From: Selaginella moellendorffii
Lineage: Eukaryota; Plantae; Lycopodiophyta
NCBI RefSeq assembly: GCF_000143415.4
Contig: NW_003314419.1
Location: forward strand, 1-64,000
Direction: 5' to 3'
DNA: 64,000 bases
Shown here one piece after another: positions 1-9,899 of this stretch (the first letter of the stretch is position 1; every line of letters starts with the position of its first letter). The notes under the pieces are model-generated. The model did not search any database and was not told where the DNA came from. It saw nothing but the letters and a program-made list of their open reading frames with translations. The position numbers and the translations under genes were made by a program.

Positions 1-832
1 CACACCTCGTAATGGAGGCAATCCATGAGGAAGTTCAGATGGAAAAACATCAGAAAACTCGTCGAGTACATCCCGTACTGCTGCTTCTCCCCCACACGTG
101 CCTTGGTCGCCCAAGTCACGAACAAACAGCAAGTAACTCGAAAGTGCTTTTCCATTACGACAAGCCCGCTTCAAAGATGTAGCAGAGAGCATAACAACTG
201 GTGGTTGAACGCCCTCGCCAAACCACACATCTTTAACTCCACCATACTCCAGCGAGATACGCTTAATGCTCCACTTTATCTCTGGATCCACCTTCACCAA
301 CCATGGCATCCCAAGAATGAGATCCACACGATGGATATCCGCGAGATAAAAAGTCTCCACAAGTGTGGTTTTGCCAACCAACACTTCCAGCCCCTCGACA
401 CAAGCATCGAAATGCTGAGCAGAGGTAGCTGCACCTTCCACTGTGTATGGAAGAACTCCACGTGTGTTCAGGCGATGCTCCGCAACAAACTTTGCCGAAA
501 CAAAGTTGTCATCGCTCCCACTATCCAGTAAAATCCGCACTGGATCGCCACGGAACACGCCCTCCAGCATTAAAGCTGATTCACGCGTATCCTCAAGCTC
601 CATCTTGTTCCACACACAGTTGAGCTGACGAGCAACGATCGAAAGTCGCTTCCTCCGACCGGAATGGTCGTTCTCCTCCTCCTCACGCTGCAAAGTTTGC
701 AACTTTTTAGTATCGGACTTACCGTGAGAAGAAGATTGGCCATTCTTCTTGTCCTGCTGCTTGTTCTTCAACTGCGGACAATCAGCCTTGTAGTGTCCAA
801 GTTCGCCGCAATGATGACAACCCTGTCTATAA
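1..832 (-). pseudogene. Gypsy gag zinc knuckle, aspartic protease and RT start (fragment)
   Basis: Inverted near-identical copy of 7546-8210 and co-oriented copy of 2853-3623; encodes CHHCGELGHYKADC and LLDSGS. Confidence 0.9.
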
Positions 833-1984
833 CCAAGGCACGTGTGGGGGAGAAGCAGCAGTACGGGATGTACTCGACGAGTTTTCTGATGTTTTTCCAT
901 CTGAACTTCCTCATGGATTGCCTCCATTACGAGGTGTGGAGCATGGGATTACATTGGAGCCGGGGACGCGGCCAATTTACCGGCGTCCATTTCGGTTAAG
1001 TTATGTGGAGGAGTTCTCATGCAAGAGGGACAGCCTATTGCATATGAGAGTCGAACTTTGAATTCCGCGGAGCAACGCTATTCCACATATGAGCAAGAGT
1101 TACTCTCTATTGTTCATGCTTTGCGGATGTGGCGGCACTATCTTTATGGTGCAGTGTTCGTGGTGTTGACAGATCACAAACCACTTGTGTATCTTTTCAC
1201 ACAGAAGGAGTTGAACACTAGGCAAGCTCGTTGGATGGTCAAACTCATGGAGTTTGGGGAGTTTCCTATTGAGCATCGTCGGGGAAAATCAAATGTGGTG
1301 GCGGATGCTTTATCTCGTGTTCGTCGTGTGACGATGTTACGAACACGATTTTGTCATCATTTGAATCNNNNNNNNNNNNNNNNNNNNNNNNNNNNNNNNN
1401 NNNNNNNNNNNNNNNNNNNNNNNNNNNNNNNNNNNNNNNNNNNNNNNNNNNNNNNNNNNNNNNNNNNNNNNNNNNNNNNNNNNNNNNNNNNNNNNNNNNN
1501 NNNNNNNNNNNATCCTCGCACAGCGGTGGAGTTGGGATTGCATTTGAGTAAGGACGTTCAAGAAAAGCTTGATTCCGAGGCAACTGATCTGGCCACAGAA
1601 CTTGATGAGATTCTGGTGGTATGCAAACGGAATTTGCAAGCAGCTCAGGATAGAGCGGAGAAGTTTGCTAATGAGCATCGCCAATTCCGGGAATATAAGG
1701 TGGGTGATCTCGTCTTTGTGCGAGTGATCTTTTCGTCAAGTGAGCGGCGGAACACCTTAGTGCCTTTACGGACAGGGAAGAGTGATAAACTCTCCCATCG
1801 CTATGCTGGTCCATATGAAGTGCTGGAGCGCATTGGTAAAGCGGCTTATCGGGTGCGGCTGCCAGTTGGGGTGAAAATTCATCCGGTATTTTATGTCAGC
1901 CAGTTGAAAGGTGTACTATCTCGGAGTGACGGGCCCAATGCCTCCTTGATGTATACGGCTGTGGAAGATGGACCAGGAGCTTGA
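832..1984 (+). pseudogene. Gypsy pol fragment: RT N-terminus fused by deletion to RNase H, gap, integrase C-terminus
   Basis: IAYESRTLNSAEQRYSTYEQELL...TDHKPL (RNase H) and GPYEVLERIG...HPVFYVSQLK (GPY/F motif); most of RT deleted at GGAGGAG 1007-1013. Confidence 0.9.
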
Positions 1985-2044
1985 GCAGGATTCCCCAGAA
2001 AGGGTGATCACCGGTACAACTCGTCCTTGGGACAAGGACTTTGT

Positions 2045-2058
2045 TGGGGGGGAAGAAT
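2045..2058 (+). other. Polypurine tract of the gypsy element
   Basis: TGGGGGGGAAGAAT; the same tract abuts the 3' LTR in the minus-strand copy at 6204-6217. Confidence 0.85.
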
Positions 2059-2852
2059 TGTTAGGATCCTATCCCTTACACCCTAAGCCAACTGGCTAAA
2101 GGGGTGATCACTTTATTGCAGGGCCCTTTCCTTATCCTATTATCCTGACCTGGTGCCTAACAATATTGTTAGGATCCTATCCCTTACACCCTAAGCCAAC
2201 TGGCTAAAGGGGTGATCACTTTATTGCAGGGCCCTTTCCTTATCCTATTATCCTGACCTGGTGCCTAACAATCCTCCCCCTCGTCAGGGAATGATCGTCC
2301 GCGATCATACTTAGGCCACCATCCGGTCACCATGGTCCTTCTCTTAGGGTCTACCAAACCTTGGTTCTCCCTCTAGATCCACCATGTTGAATATTCCTTC
2401 AGAATATTCCTGCCCCACTCGTCAGCCACGAGAATCGAACTAGGCTCCGATACCATTGTTAGGATCCTATCCCTTACACCCTAAGCCAACTGGCTAAAGG
2501 GGTGATCACTTTATTGCAGGGCCCTTTCCCCTTATCCTATTATCCTGACCTGGTGCCTAACAATCCTCCCCCTCGTCAGGGAATGATCGTCCACGATCAT
2601 ACTTAGGCCATCCTCCGGTCACCATGGTCCTTCTCTTAGGGTCTACCAAACCTTGGTTCTCCCTCTAGATCCACCATGTTGAATATTCCTTCAGAATATT
2701 CTTGCCCCACTCGTCAGCCACGAGAATCGAACTGGGCTCCGATACCATTGTTAGGATCCTATCCCTTACACCCTAAGCCAACTGGCTAAAGGGGTGATCA
2801 CTTTATTGTAGGGCCCTTTCTTTATCCTATTATCCTGACCTGGTGCCTAACA
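2059..2852 (-). mobile_element. Tandem-array TRIM (terminal-repeat retrotransposon in miniature)
   Basis: LTRs at 2059-2162, 2167-2270, 2457-2562, 2749-2852 (TG...CA); two 186-bp internal units (2271-2456, 2563-2748), each with PBS TGGTATCGGAGC and PPT GAGGGGGAGGAT on the minus strand; non-coding. Confidence 0.92.
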
Positions 2853-3814
2853 TCAAGTACATCCCGTACTGCTGCTTCTCCCCCACACGTGCCTTGGTCC
2901 CCCAAGTCACGAACAAACAGCAAGTAACTTGAAAGTGCTTTTCCATTACGACAAGCCCGCTTCAAAGATGTAGCAGAGAGCATAACAACTGGTGGTTGAA
3001 CGCCCTCGCCAAACCACACATCTTTAACGCCACCATACTCCAGCGAGATACGCTTAATGCTCCACTTTATCTCTGGATCCACCTTCACCAACCATGGCAT
3101 CCCAAGAATGAGATCCACACGATGGATATCCGCGAGATAAAAAGTCTCCACAAGTGTGGTTTTGCCAACCAACACTTCCAGCCCCTCGACACAAGCATCG
3201 AAATGCTGAGCAGAGGTAGCTGCACCTTCCACTGTGTATGGAACAACTCCACGTGTGTTCAGGCGATGCTCCGCAACAAACTTTGCCGAAACAAAGTTGT
3301 CATCGCTCCCACTATCCAGTAAAATCCGCACTGGATCGCCACGGAACACGCCCTCCAGCATTAAAGCTGATTCACGCGTATCCTCAAGCTCCATCTTGTT
3401 CCACACACAGTTGAGTTGACGAGCAACGATCGAAAGTCTCTTCCTCCGACCGGAATGGTCGTTCTCGTCATCCTCACGCTGTAAAGCTTGCAACTTTTTA
3501 GTATCTGACTTACCGTGAGAAGATGATTGGCCATTCTTTTTGTCCTGCTGCTTGTTCTTCAACTGCGGACAATCAGCCTTGTAGTGTCCAAGTTCGCCGC
3601 AATGATGACAACCCTGTCTATAATTCTTCACAAAGAACTTCTGCTTCTTGGACCCCTTTGCATCTGAAGTAGTCACCACCGACTTCAACTTGTGATGCTT
3701 GTTCCCATCCTTGTGTCCACGGCGATCATCACGACGATTCTCGACAGAAGGACTCCGCGAACGCTTGCGAGACTTGTGCTTGTCATTGTCAAGGCGACGA
3801 GCCGCATCAAAGAG
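2853..3814 (-). pseudogene. Gypsy gag C-terminal half plus protease
   Basis: ORF 2822..3688 with CCHC knuckle and LLDSGSDDNF...DLILGMPWL; bounded on both sides by LTR ends. Confidence 0.9.
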
Positions 3815-4047
3815 TGTTAGGCGCCAGCTTTGACTACGTGGTCAACGTCGGTCAAAGGGAGGCTCAAGGGTATATTAAGGCATGTTAGGGTAAGGGACTT
3901 AACCTACCCTAGGGCTCACAGTGGAGCAGCGGCGCAGTGGAGCTTTTGAGGTAGCTCGGGGGTGGTTGGGTGGTGAGGAACCTCAAGAGGTGGCGTAGCA
4001 TAGTCTAGGGCAACTAGATCTTTGTCTTTTTGCGCCGGATCATAACA
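3815..4047 (+). repeat. Gypsy 5' LTR (233 bp)
   Basis: TGTTAGGCGCC...GGATCATAACA, followed by the PBS; copies at 5971-6203 and 9050-9282. Confidence 0.95.
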
Positions 4048-4048
4048 T

Positions 4049-4059
4049 TGGTATCAGAG
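4049..4059 (+). promoter_or_regulatory. Primer-binding site (tRNA-iMet)
   Basis: TGGTATCAGAG, 1 nt after the LTR end. Confidence 0.9.
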
Positions 4060-4070
4060 GATTGGTTGCG

Positions 4071-4777
4071 ATGGCCGACCAAGCTGAACGCTGGAATCCT
4101 ATCATCGATGGTGGTGCCGACGATGGTGCCGACGAAGCTGCGGAGATTTGGACCATTCAAGATGTGGTTCATGAGCTGCGAGCCCTTAATAAAAATCAGC
4201 AAGAGATGCAAGACGAGATGCATGGCATGATGGATACCATGCGTGGGCGTATTGAGGCACTCGAGGCTGGACGGGGTAGCGCTCCAAGTAAGCCTTCTTT
4301 GGTAGATCGACTCAAGATTCCAACCTTTTCCGGTGATGGTGGTGTGGACGAGTGTCTCGCTTGGCTAGCCAATGTGAAGAAGTTCTTGGCTGCTAGAGGA
4401 ACTCCAGATGCAGAGGCTTTAGTGGCTATTCCGATGGTTTTGCGTGATGCGGGTCTTCGATGGTGGAATTGGCTTGAGGAGTCCCGTGTTGCGGATAAGA
4501 AACCACCAGTGTCTACCATGGATGAGTTTGAGGCTGCTTTTCGTTTACGTTTTGCCCCTCATTACGACGTGGAGAATGCTCGTACAGAACTTCGCCATTT
4601 TCAGCAAGGGAAAATGACGCTCGGGGATTATATTGAGAAGCTTACTCGCTTGATTAGTCGTGTTCCAACGAAGGATCCAGATCAGAACAAGTCCTACTTC
4701 ATTGATGGCCTCCATAGTGAGAGTATGCGGCAACACTTGCGTCATTCTCAGCCTACAAAGAGTTTGGAGGAGCTCTT
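4071..4777 (+). pseudogene. Gypsy gag N-terminal half (capsid), interrupted by a TRIM LTR
   Basis: IPTFSG...AGLRWW...LRHFQQGKMTLGDY retrotransposon-gag pattern; its continuation LFDAARR lies inverted starting at 3814. Confidence 0.9.
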
Positions 4778-4908
4778 TGTTAGGCACCAGGTCAGGATAA
4801 TAGGATAAAGAAAGGGCCCTACAATAAAGTGATCACCCCTTTAGCCAGTTGGCTTAGGGTGTAAGGGATAGGATCCTAACAATGGTATCGGAGCCCAGTT
4901 CGATTCTC
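4778..4908 (+). mobile_element. TRIM 5' LTR, PBS and start of internal region
   Basis: LTR 4778-4881 carries the same variants as the 2749-2852 copy; PBS TGGTATCGGAGC at 4883-4894. Confidence 0.9.
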
Positions 4909-5970
4909 ATATGCAATAGGCTGTCCCTCTTGCATGAGAACTCCTCCCAGTGCATAACCACTTGCATCGCATGTCACCTCGTAAGGTTTCGATGGATCAG
5001 CAATGCGAAGCACTGGAGCCTCGATCAACAATCGTTTCAGCGCCACAAAACTCTCCTCTTGTGGCGTCTTCCACTCGAATGGCACATTCTTGCGTAACAA
5101 CAGCGTCAACGGAATAGCCACCTCTGCAAACTTATGCTGGAAACGTCGATAGTAACTAGCCATACCAAGAAAACTGCGCAACTCGGCCACTGTAGTCGGT
5201 GTAGGCCAGTTTTCCACCACAGCCACCTTCCTTGGATCCGTCTTGACACCCTTAGATGTCACAATATGGCCTAGATATTCCACCTCCGACTTTGCAAATT
5301 CACATTTGCTCTTCTTCGCATAAAGTTTGCTGTCTCGAAGTAACAAAAGAACCTTGCGCAAATGCACCCTATGCTCCTCCATATTCTTGCTAAAAACAAG
5401 AATATCATCCAAGAAAATCTCCACAAACTCATGAAGATAACGCCCAAATACCTCCGTCATCAACCGAGTAAATGTGGCCGGTGCATTCGTCAAACCAAAC
5501 GGCATAACGGTAAACTCAAAATGTCCGAAGCTTGTGTTGAATGCCGTCTTGGAGATAGATGCATCATCCATTGCAATCTGATGATATCCACTCCTCAGAT
5601 CAATCTTGGTAAACACTCGTGCTTCACCAAGCTTGTCTAGGATATCATCCACACGTGGCATCGGCATCTTGTCCTTCACTGTCTTCTTGTTTAAAGCACG
5701 GTAGTCAATACACATCCGCATTGAACCGTCCTTCTTCTTCACAAGCAAGACCGGAGCACCAAACGGAGACTTACTTGGCTGAATAAATCCAAACTCAAGT
5801 AACTCCTTGACTTGTCGTTGAACTTCTTGCTCCTCCGCATAACTTAACCGAAATGGACGCCGGTAAATTGGCCGCGTCCCCGGCTCCAATGTAATCCCAT
5901 GCTCCACACCTCGTAATGGAGGCAATCCATGAGGAAGTTCAGATGGAAAAACATCAGAAAACTCATCAAG
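4905..5970 (-). pseudogene. Gypsy reverse transcriptase plus RNase H start
   Basis: KKKDGSMRMCIDYRALN, KIDLRSGYHQI, MPFGLTNAPATF, FLDDIL, TCDASGYALG. Confidence 0.95.
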
Positions 5971-6203
5971 TGTTATGATCCGGCGCAAAAAGACAAAGAT
6001 CTAGTTGCCCTAGACTATGCTACGCCACCTCTTGAGGTTCCTCACCACCCAACCACCCCCGAGCTACCTCAAAAGCTCCACTGCGCCGCTGCTCCACTGT
6101 GAGCCCTAGGGTAGGTTAAGTCCCTTACCCTAACATGCCTTAATATACCCTTGAGCCTCCCTTTGACCGACGTTGACCACGTAGTCAAAGCTGGCGCCTA
6201 ACA
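5971..6203 (-). repeat. Gypsy 3' LTR
   Basis: Reverse complement of 3815-4047; preceded on the minus strand by the PPT at 6204-6217. Confidence 0.95.
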
Positions 6204-6277
6204 ATTCTTCCCCCCCAACAAAGTCCTTGTCCCAAGGACGAGTTGTACCGGTGATCACCCTTTCTGGGGAATCTTGC

Positions 6278-7518
6278 TCAAGCTCCTGGTCCATCTTCCA
6301 CAGCCGTATACATCAAGGAGGCATTGGGCCCGTCACTCCGAGATAGTACACCTTTCAATTGGCTGACATAAAATACTGGATGAATTTTCACCCCAGCTGG
6401 CAGCCGCACCCGATAAGCCGCTTTACCAATGCGCTCCAGCACTTCATATGGACCAGCATATCGATGGGAAAGTTTATCACTCTTCCCTGTCCGTAAAGGC
6501 ACCAAGGTGTTCCGCCGCTCACTTGACGGAAAGATCACTCGCACAAAGACGAGATCACCCACCTTATATTCCCGGAATTGGCGATGCTCATTAGCAAACT
6601 TCTCCGCTCTATCCTGAGCTGCTTGCAAATTCCGTTTGCATACCACCAGAATCTCATCAAGTTCTGTGGCCAGATCAGTTGCCTCGGAATCAAGCTTTTC
6701 TTGAACGTCCTTACTCAAATGCAATCCCAACTCCACCGCTGTTCGAGGATGCCTTCCAAACATCGCAAAGTAAGGACTTAGCTTGGTTCCACTGTGTTGG
6801 CTATTGTTGTAAGCAAATTGCACCAACGGAAGATATAGATCCCACTGTCCTTGCCTTTGACCAATGCTACAACGTAGCATATCCTCCACCACCTGATTCA
6901 CACGCTCAGTTTGCCCATCCGTCTGAGGATGATCTCCACTCGAGAGTTTCAAAGTCACTTGCATAGCCTTTGCAAAGCTTTTCCAAAATCCACTAGTGAA
7001 CTTTGAATCTCGATCACTAATGATGTCCTCCGGCAAACCAAAATCAGGAAAAACCTTCTCCAAGTAAACCGAAGCCAAGTCTGAGGCAGTGACAGTCTTC
7101 CGAAGAGCCAACAACCGCACATACTTCGTCAACCGATCCACTATGACCCATACTTGCTCCTTTTGCCTCTGTGTTCGTGGCAAACAAGTGATGAAGTCCA
7201 TAGAGATACTACACCAACGGCTCTGAGGAATAGGTAAAGGTTGCAAAAGTCCCCCCGGCTTCTCCCGTGGCACCTTAACCCGCTGACAAAGCTCGCATGA
7301 TTTACAATACTTGAGGATATCAGCCTTCATATTCCTCCAATAAAAGTTGCGCTTAATCAACTCATACGTCTTCTTCCCCCCAAAATGACCGGCCTCTGGA
7401 CGATCATGATAGTGGAATAAAACTTGAGTAATTAACGCATCCACCCGTGGCAAATAGACACGGCCATTGTAGTAGAGAATCCCATCCACCATGTTGAATA
7501 TTCCTTCAGTTGCGCAGC

Positions 7519-7545
<27 letters not shown>
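6278..7545 (-). pseudogene. Gypsy integrase (HHCC, DDE, GPY/F; no chromodomain)
   Basis: HD..AGH..C..C; ISMDFIT, ISDRDSKF, HPQTDGQTER; ORF ends about 25 aa after the GPY/F region. Confidence 0.95.
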
Positions 7546-7555
<10 letters not shown>

Positions 7556-9035
7556 AGCGACTTTCGATCGTTGCTCGTCAGCTCAACTGTGTGTGGAACA
7601 AGATGGAGCTTGAGGATACGCGTGAATCAGCTTTAATGCTGGAGGGCGTGTTCCGTGGCGATCCAGTGCGGATTTTACTGGATAGTGGGAGCGATGACAA
7701 CTTTGTTTCGGCAAAGTTTGTTGAGGAGCATCGCCTGAACACACGTGGAGTTCTTCCATACACAGTGGAAGGTGCAGCTACCTCTGCTCAGCATTTCGAT
7801 GCTTGTGTCGAGGGGCTGGAAGTGTTGGTTGGCAAAACCACACTTGTGGAGACTTTTTATCTCGCGGATATCCATCGTGTGGATCTCATTCTTGGGATGC
7901 CATGGTTGGTGAAGGTGGATCCAGAGATAAAGTGGAGCATTAAGCGTATCTCGCTGGAGTATGGTGGAGTTAAAGATGTGTGGTTTGGCGAGGGCGTTCA
8001 ACCACCAGTTGTTATGCTCTCTGCTACATCTTTGAAGCGGGCTTGTCGTAATGGAAAAGCACTTTCGAGTTACTTGCTGTTTGTTCGTGACTTGGGCGAC
8101 CAAGGCACGTGTGGGGGAGAAGCAGCAGTACGGGATGTACTCGACGAGTTTTCTGATGTTTTTCCATCTGAACTTCCTCATGGATTGCCTCCATTACGAG
8201 GTGTGGAGCATGGGATTACATTGGAGCCGGGGACGCGGCCAATTTACCGGCGTCCATTTCGGTTAAGTTATGCGGAGGAGCAAGAAGTTCAGCGACAAGT
8301 CAAGGAGTTACTTGAGTTTGGATTTATTCAGCCAAGTAAGTCTCCGTTTGGTGCTCCGGTCTTGCTTGTGAAGAAGAAGGACGGTTCAATGCGGATGTGT
8401 ATTGACTACCGTGCTTTAAACAAGAAGACAGTGAAGGACAAGATGCCGATGCCACGTGTGGATGATATCCTAGACAAGCTTGGTGAGGCACGAGTGTTTA
8501 CCAAGATTGATCTGAGGAGTGGATATCATCAGATTGCAATGGATGATGCATCTATCTCCAAGACGGCATTCAACACAAGCTTCGGACATTTTGAGTTTAC
8601 CGTTATGCCGTTTGGTTTGACGAATGCACCGGCCACATTTACTCGGTTGATGACGGAGGTATTTGGGCGTTATCTTCATGAGTTTGTGGAGATTTTCTTG
8701 GACGATATTCTTGTTTTTAGCAAGAATATGGAGGAGCATAGGGTGCATTTGCGCAAGGTTCTTTTGTTACTTCGAGACAGCAAACTTTATGCGAAGAAGA
8801 GCAAATGTGAATTTGCAAAGTCGGAGGTGGAATATCTAGGCCATATTGTGACATCTAAGGGTGTCAAGACGGATCCAAGGAAGGTGGCTGTGGTGGAAAA
8901 CTGGCCTACACCGACTACAGTGGCCGAGTTGCGCAGTTTTCTTGGTATGGCTAGTTACTACCGACGTTTCCAGCATAAGTTTGCAGAGGTGGCTATTCCA
9001 TTGACGCGGTTGTTACGCAAGAATGTGCCATTCGA
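7546..9035 (+). pseudogene. Gypsy protease plus RT fragment
   Basis: Open frame 7591..9057 with protease and complete RT motifs; truncated by an inverted PBS-LTR. Confidence 0.95.
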
Positions 9036-9036
9036 T

Positions 9037-9282
9037 GCTCTGATACCAATGTTATGATCCGGCGCAAAAAGACAAAGATCTCGTTGCCCTAGACTATGCT
9101 ACGCCACCTCTTGAGGTTCCTCACCACCCAACCACCCCCGAGCTACCTCAAAAGCTCCACTGCGCCGCCGCTCCACTGTGAGCCCTAGGGTAGGTTAAGT
9201 CCCTTACCCTAACATGCCTTAATATACCCTTGAGCCTCCCTTTGACCGACGTTGACCACGTAGTCAAAGCTGGCGCCTAACA
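9037..9282 (-). repeat. Gypsy LTR (9050-9282) with PBS (9037-9048)
   Basis: Reverse-complement LTR followed on the minus strand by TTGGTATCAGAGC; host-like DNA starts at 9283. Confidence 0.93.
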
Positions 9283-9429
9283 ATATTCCTATTTTGCAGC
9301 GCTATAAACCCTGTAGTCTCTCCTTTACACTTGTATTTTAGGGTAAAGATCAAGTGGGCGCCTCGTTGATCCAGCGATCAGCTCCAGCAGCACCAGCAAA
9401 GTTTACTCCGATCAGCGATCAGCTCCAGC

Positions 9430-9820
9430 AGCTTACCACCAACTAAAAGTTTGGTGCCTGCCTTCACTGCCTCGTTCACACTCTTCTCCACTGTAGCTGC
9501 TGAAGACTCAGATATCATGGGCCTGATTGACGTGTCATCTTGATGAGGATCTCCACCATGGCAGTGATCAATGCATTGTTCACCTACACAACCAGCACCA
9601 AATACGTAGATCAAAGCTCGATTTGAGAACAAAGAATATGATAGAATTTAAAGACAAGTGTTGGATACCTCACCTTTCACCTAAAGACGCTGCATGTGAA
9701 TGCACAACTGGCCGCTCTGATAGAATCCCTCATGGATCAACCTAGTGATTGTACCTTCCAAGTGTGGAACGAGATCTTCCACTAAGCATGGAGCATTGCC
9801 TCCCAGCTCCATAACCACCT
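9430..9820 (-). pseudogene. Aldehyde dehydrogenase fragment (ALDH21-like)
   Basis: Minus strand reads VVMELGGNAPCLVED, GFYQSGQLCIHMQR (catalytic Cys) and GDP...PMISESSAATVEKSVNEAVKAGTKLLVGG; frameshifted and partial. Confidence 0.75.
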
Positions 9821-9899
9821 GTAACAGGAATCAAAGAAGTTGAAGAAAGCGAAGCTCCATCCGAAGGAAGATATAATAAAATAGCATTATATTTTAGTA

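Larger units (their letters stand above)
1..9282. mobile_element. Composite scrambled Ty3/gypsy plus TRIM retrotransposon concatemer (left end outside window)
   Basis: About a dozen near-identical gag/PR/RT/RH/IN segments in alternating orientation, 3 copies of a 233-bp LTR, 5 copies of a ~104-bp LTR, Met-tRNA PBSs and PPTs. Confidence 0.95.

Noticed and set aside
25-531. 168-aa ORF recurring at 2996 and 7675
   Set aside because: Antisense shadow of the protease region; it recurs only because the segment is duplicated
2059-2852. CRISPR-like repeat-spacer array
   Set aside because: Repeats are ~104-bp TG...CA LTRs and the spacers are near-identical units with PBS and PPT; no cas genes; eukaryotic context
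2059-2852. Cassandra-type TRIM
   Set aside because: No recognisable 5S rRNA A/C-box segment in the LTR
9283-9287. ATATT as a TSD matching 2163-2167
   Set aside because: The T at 2167 belongs to the LTR and ATAT fits a circle junction better; the true left flank is outside the window
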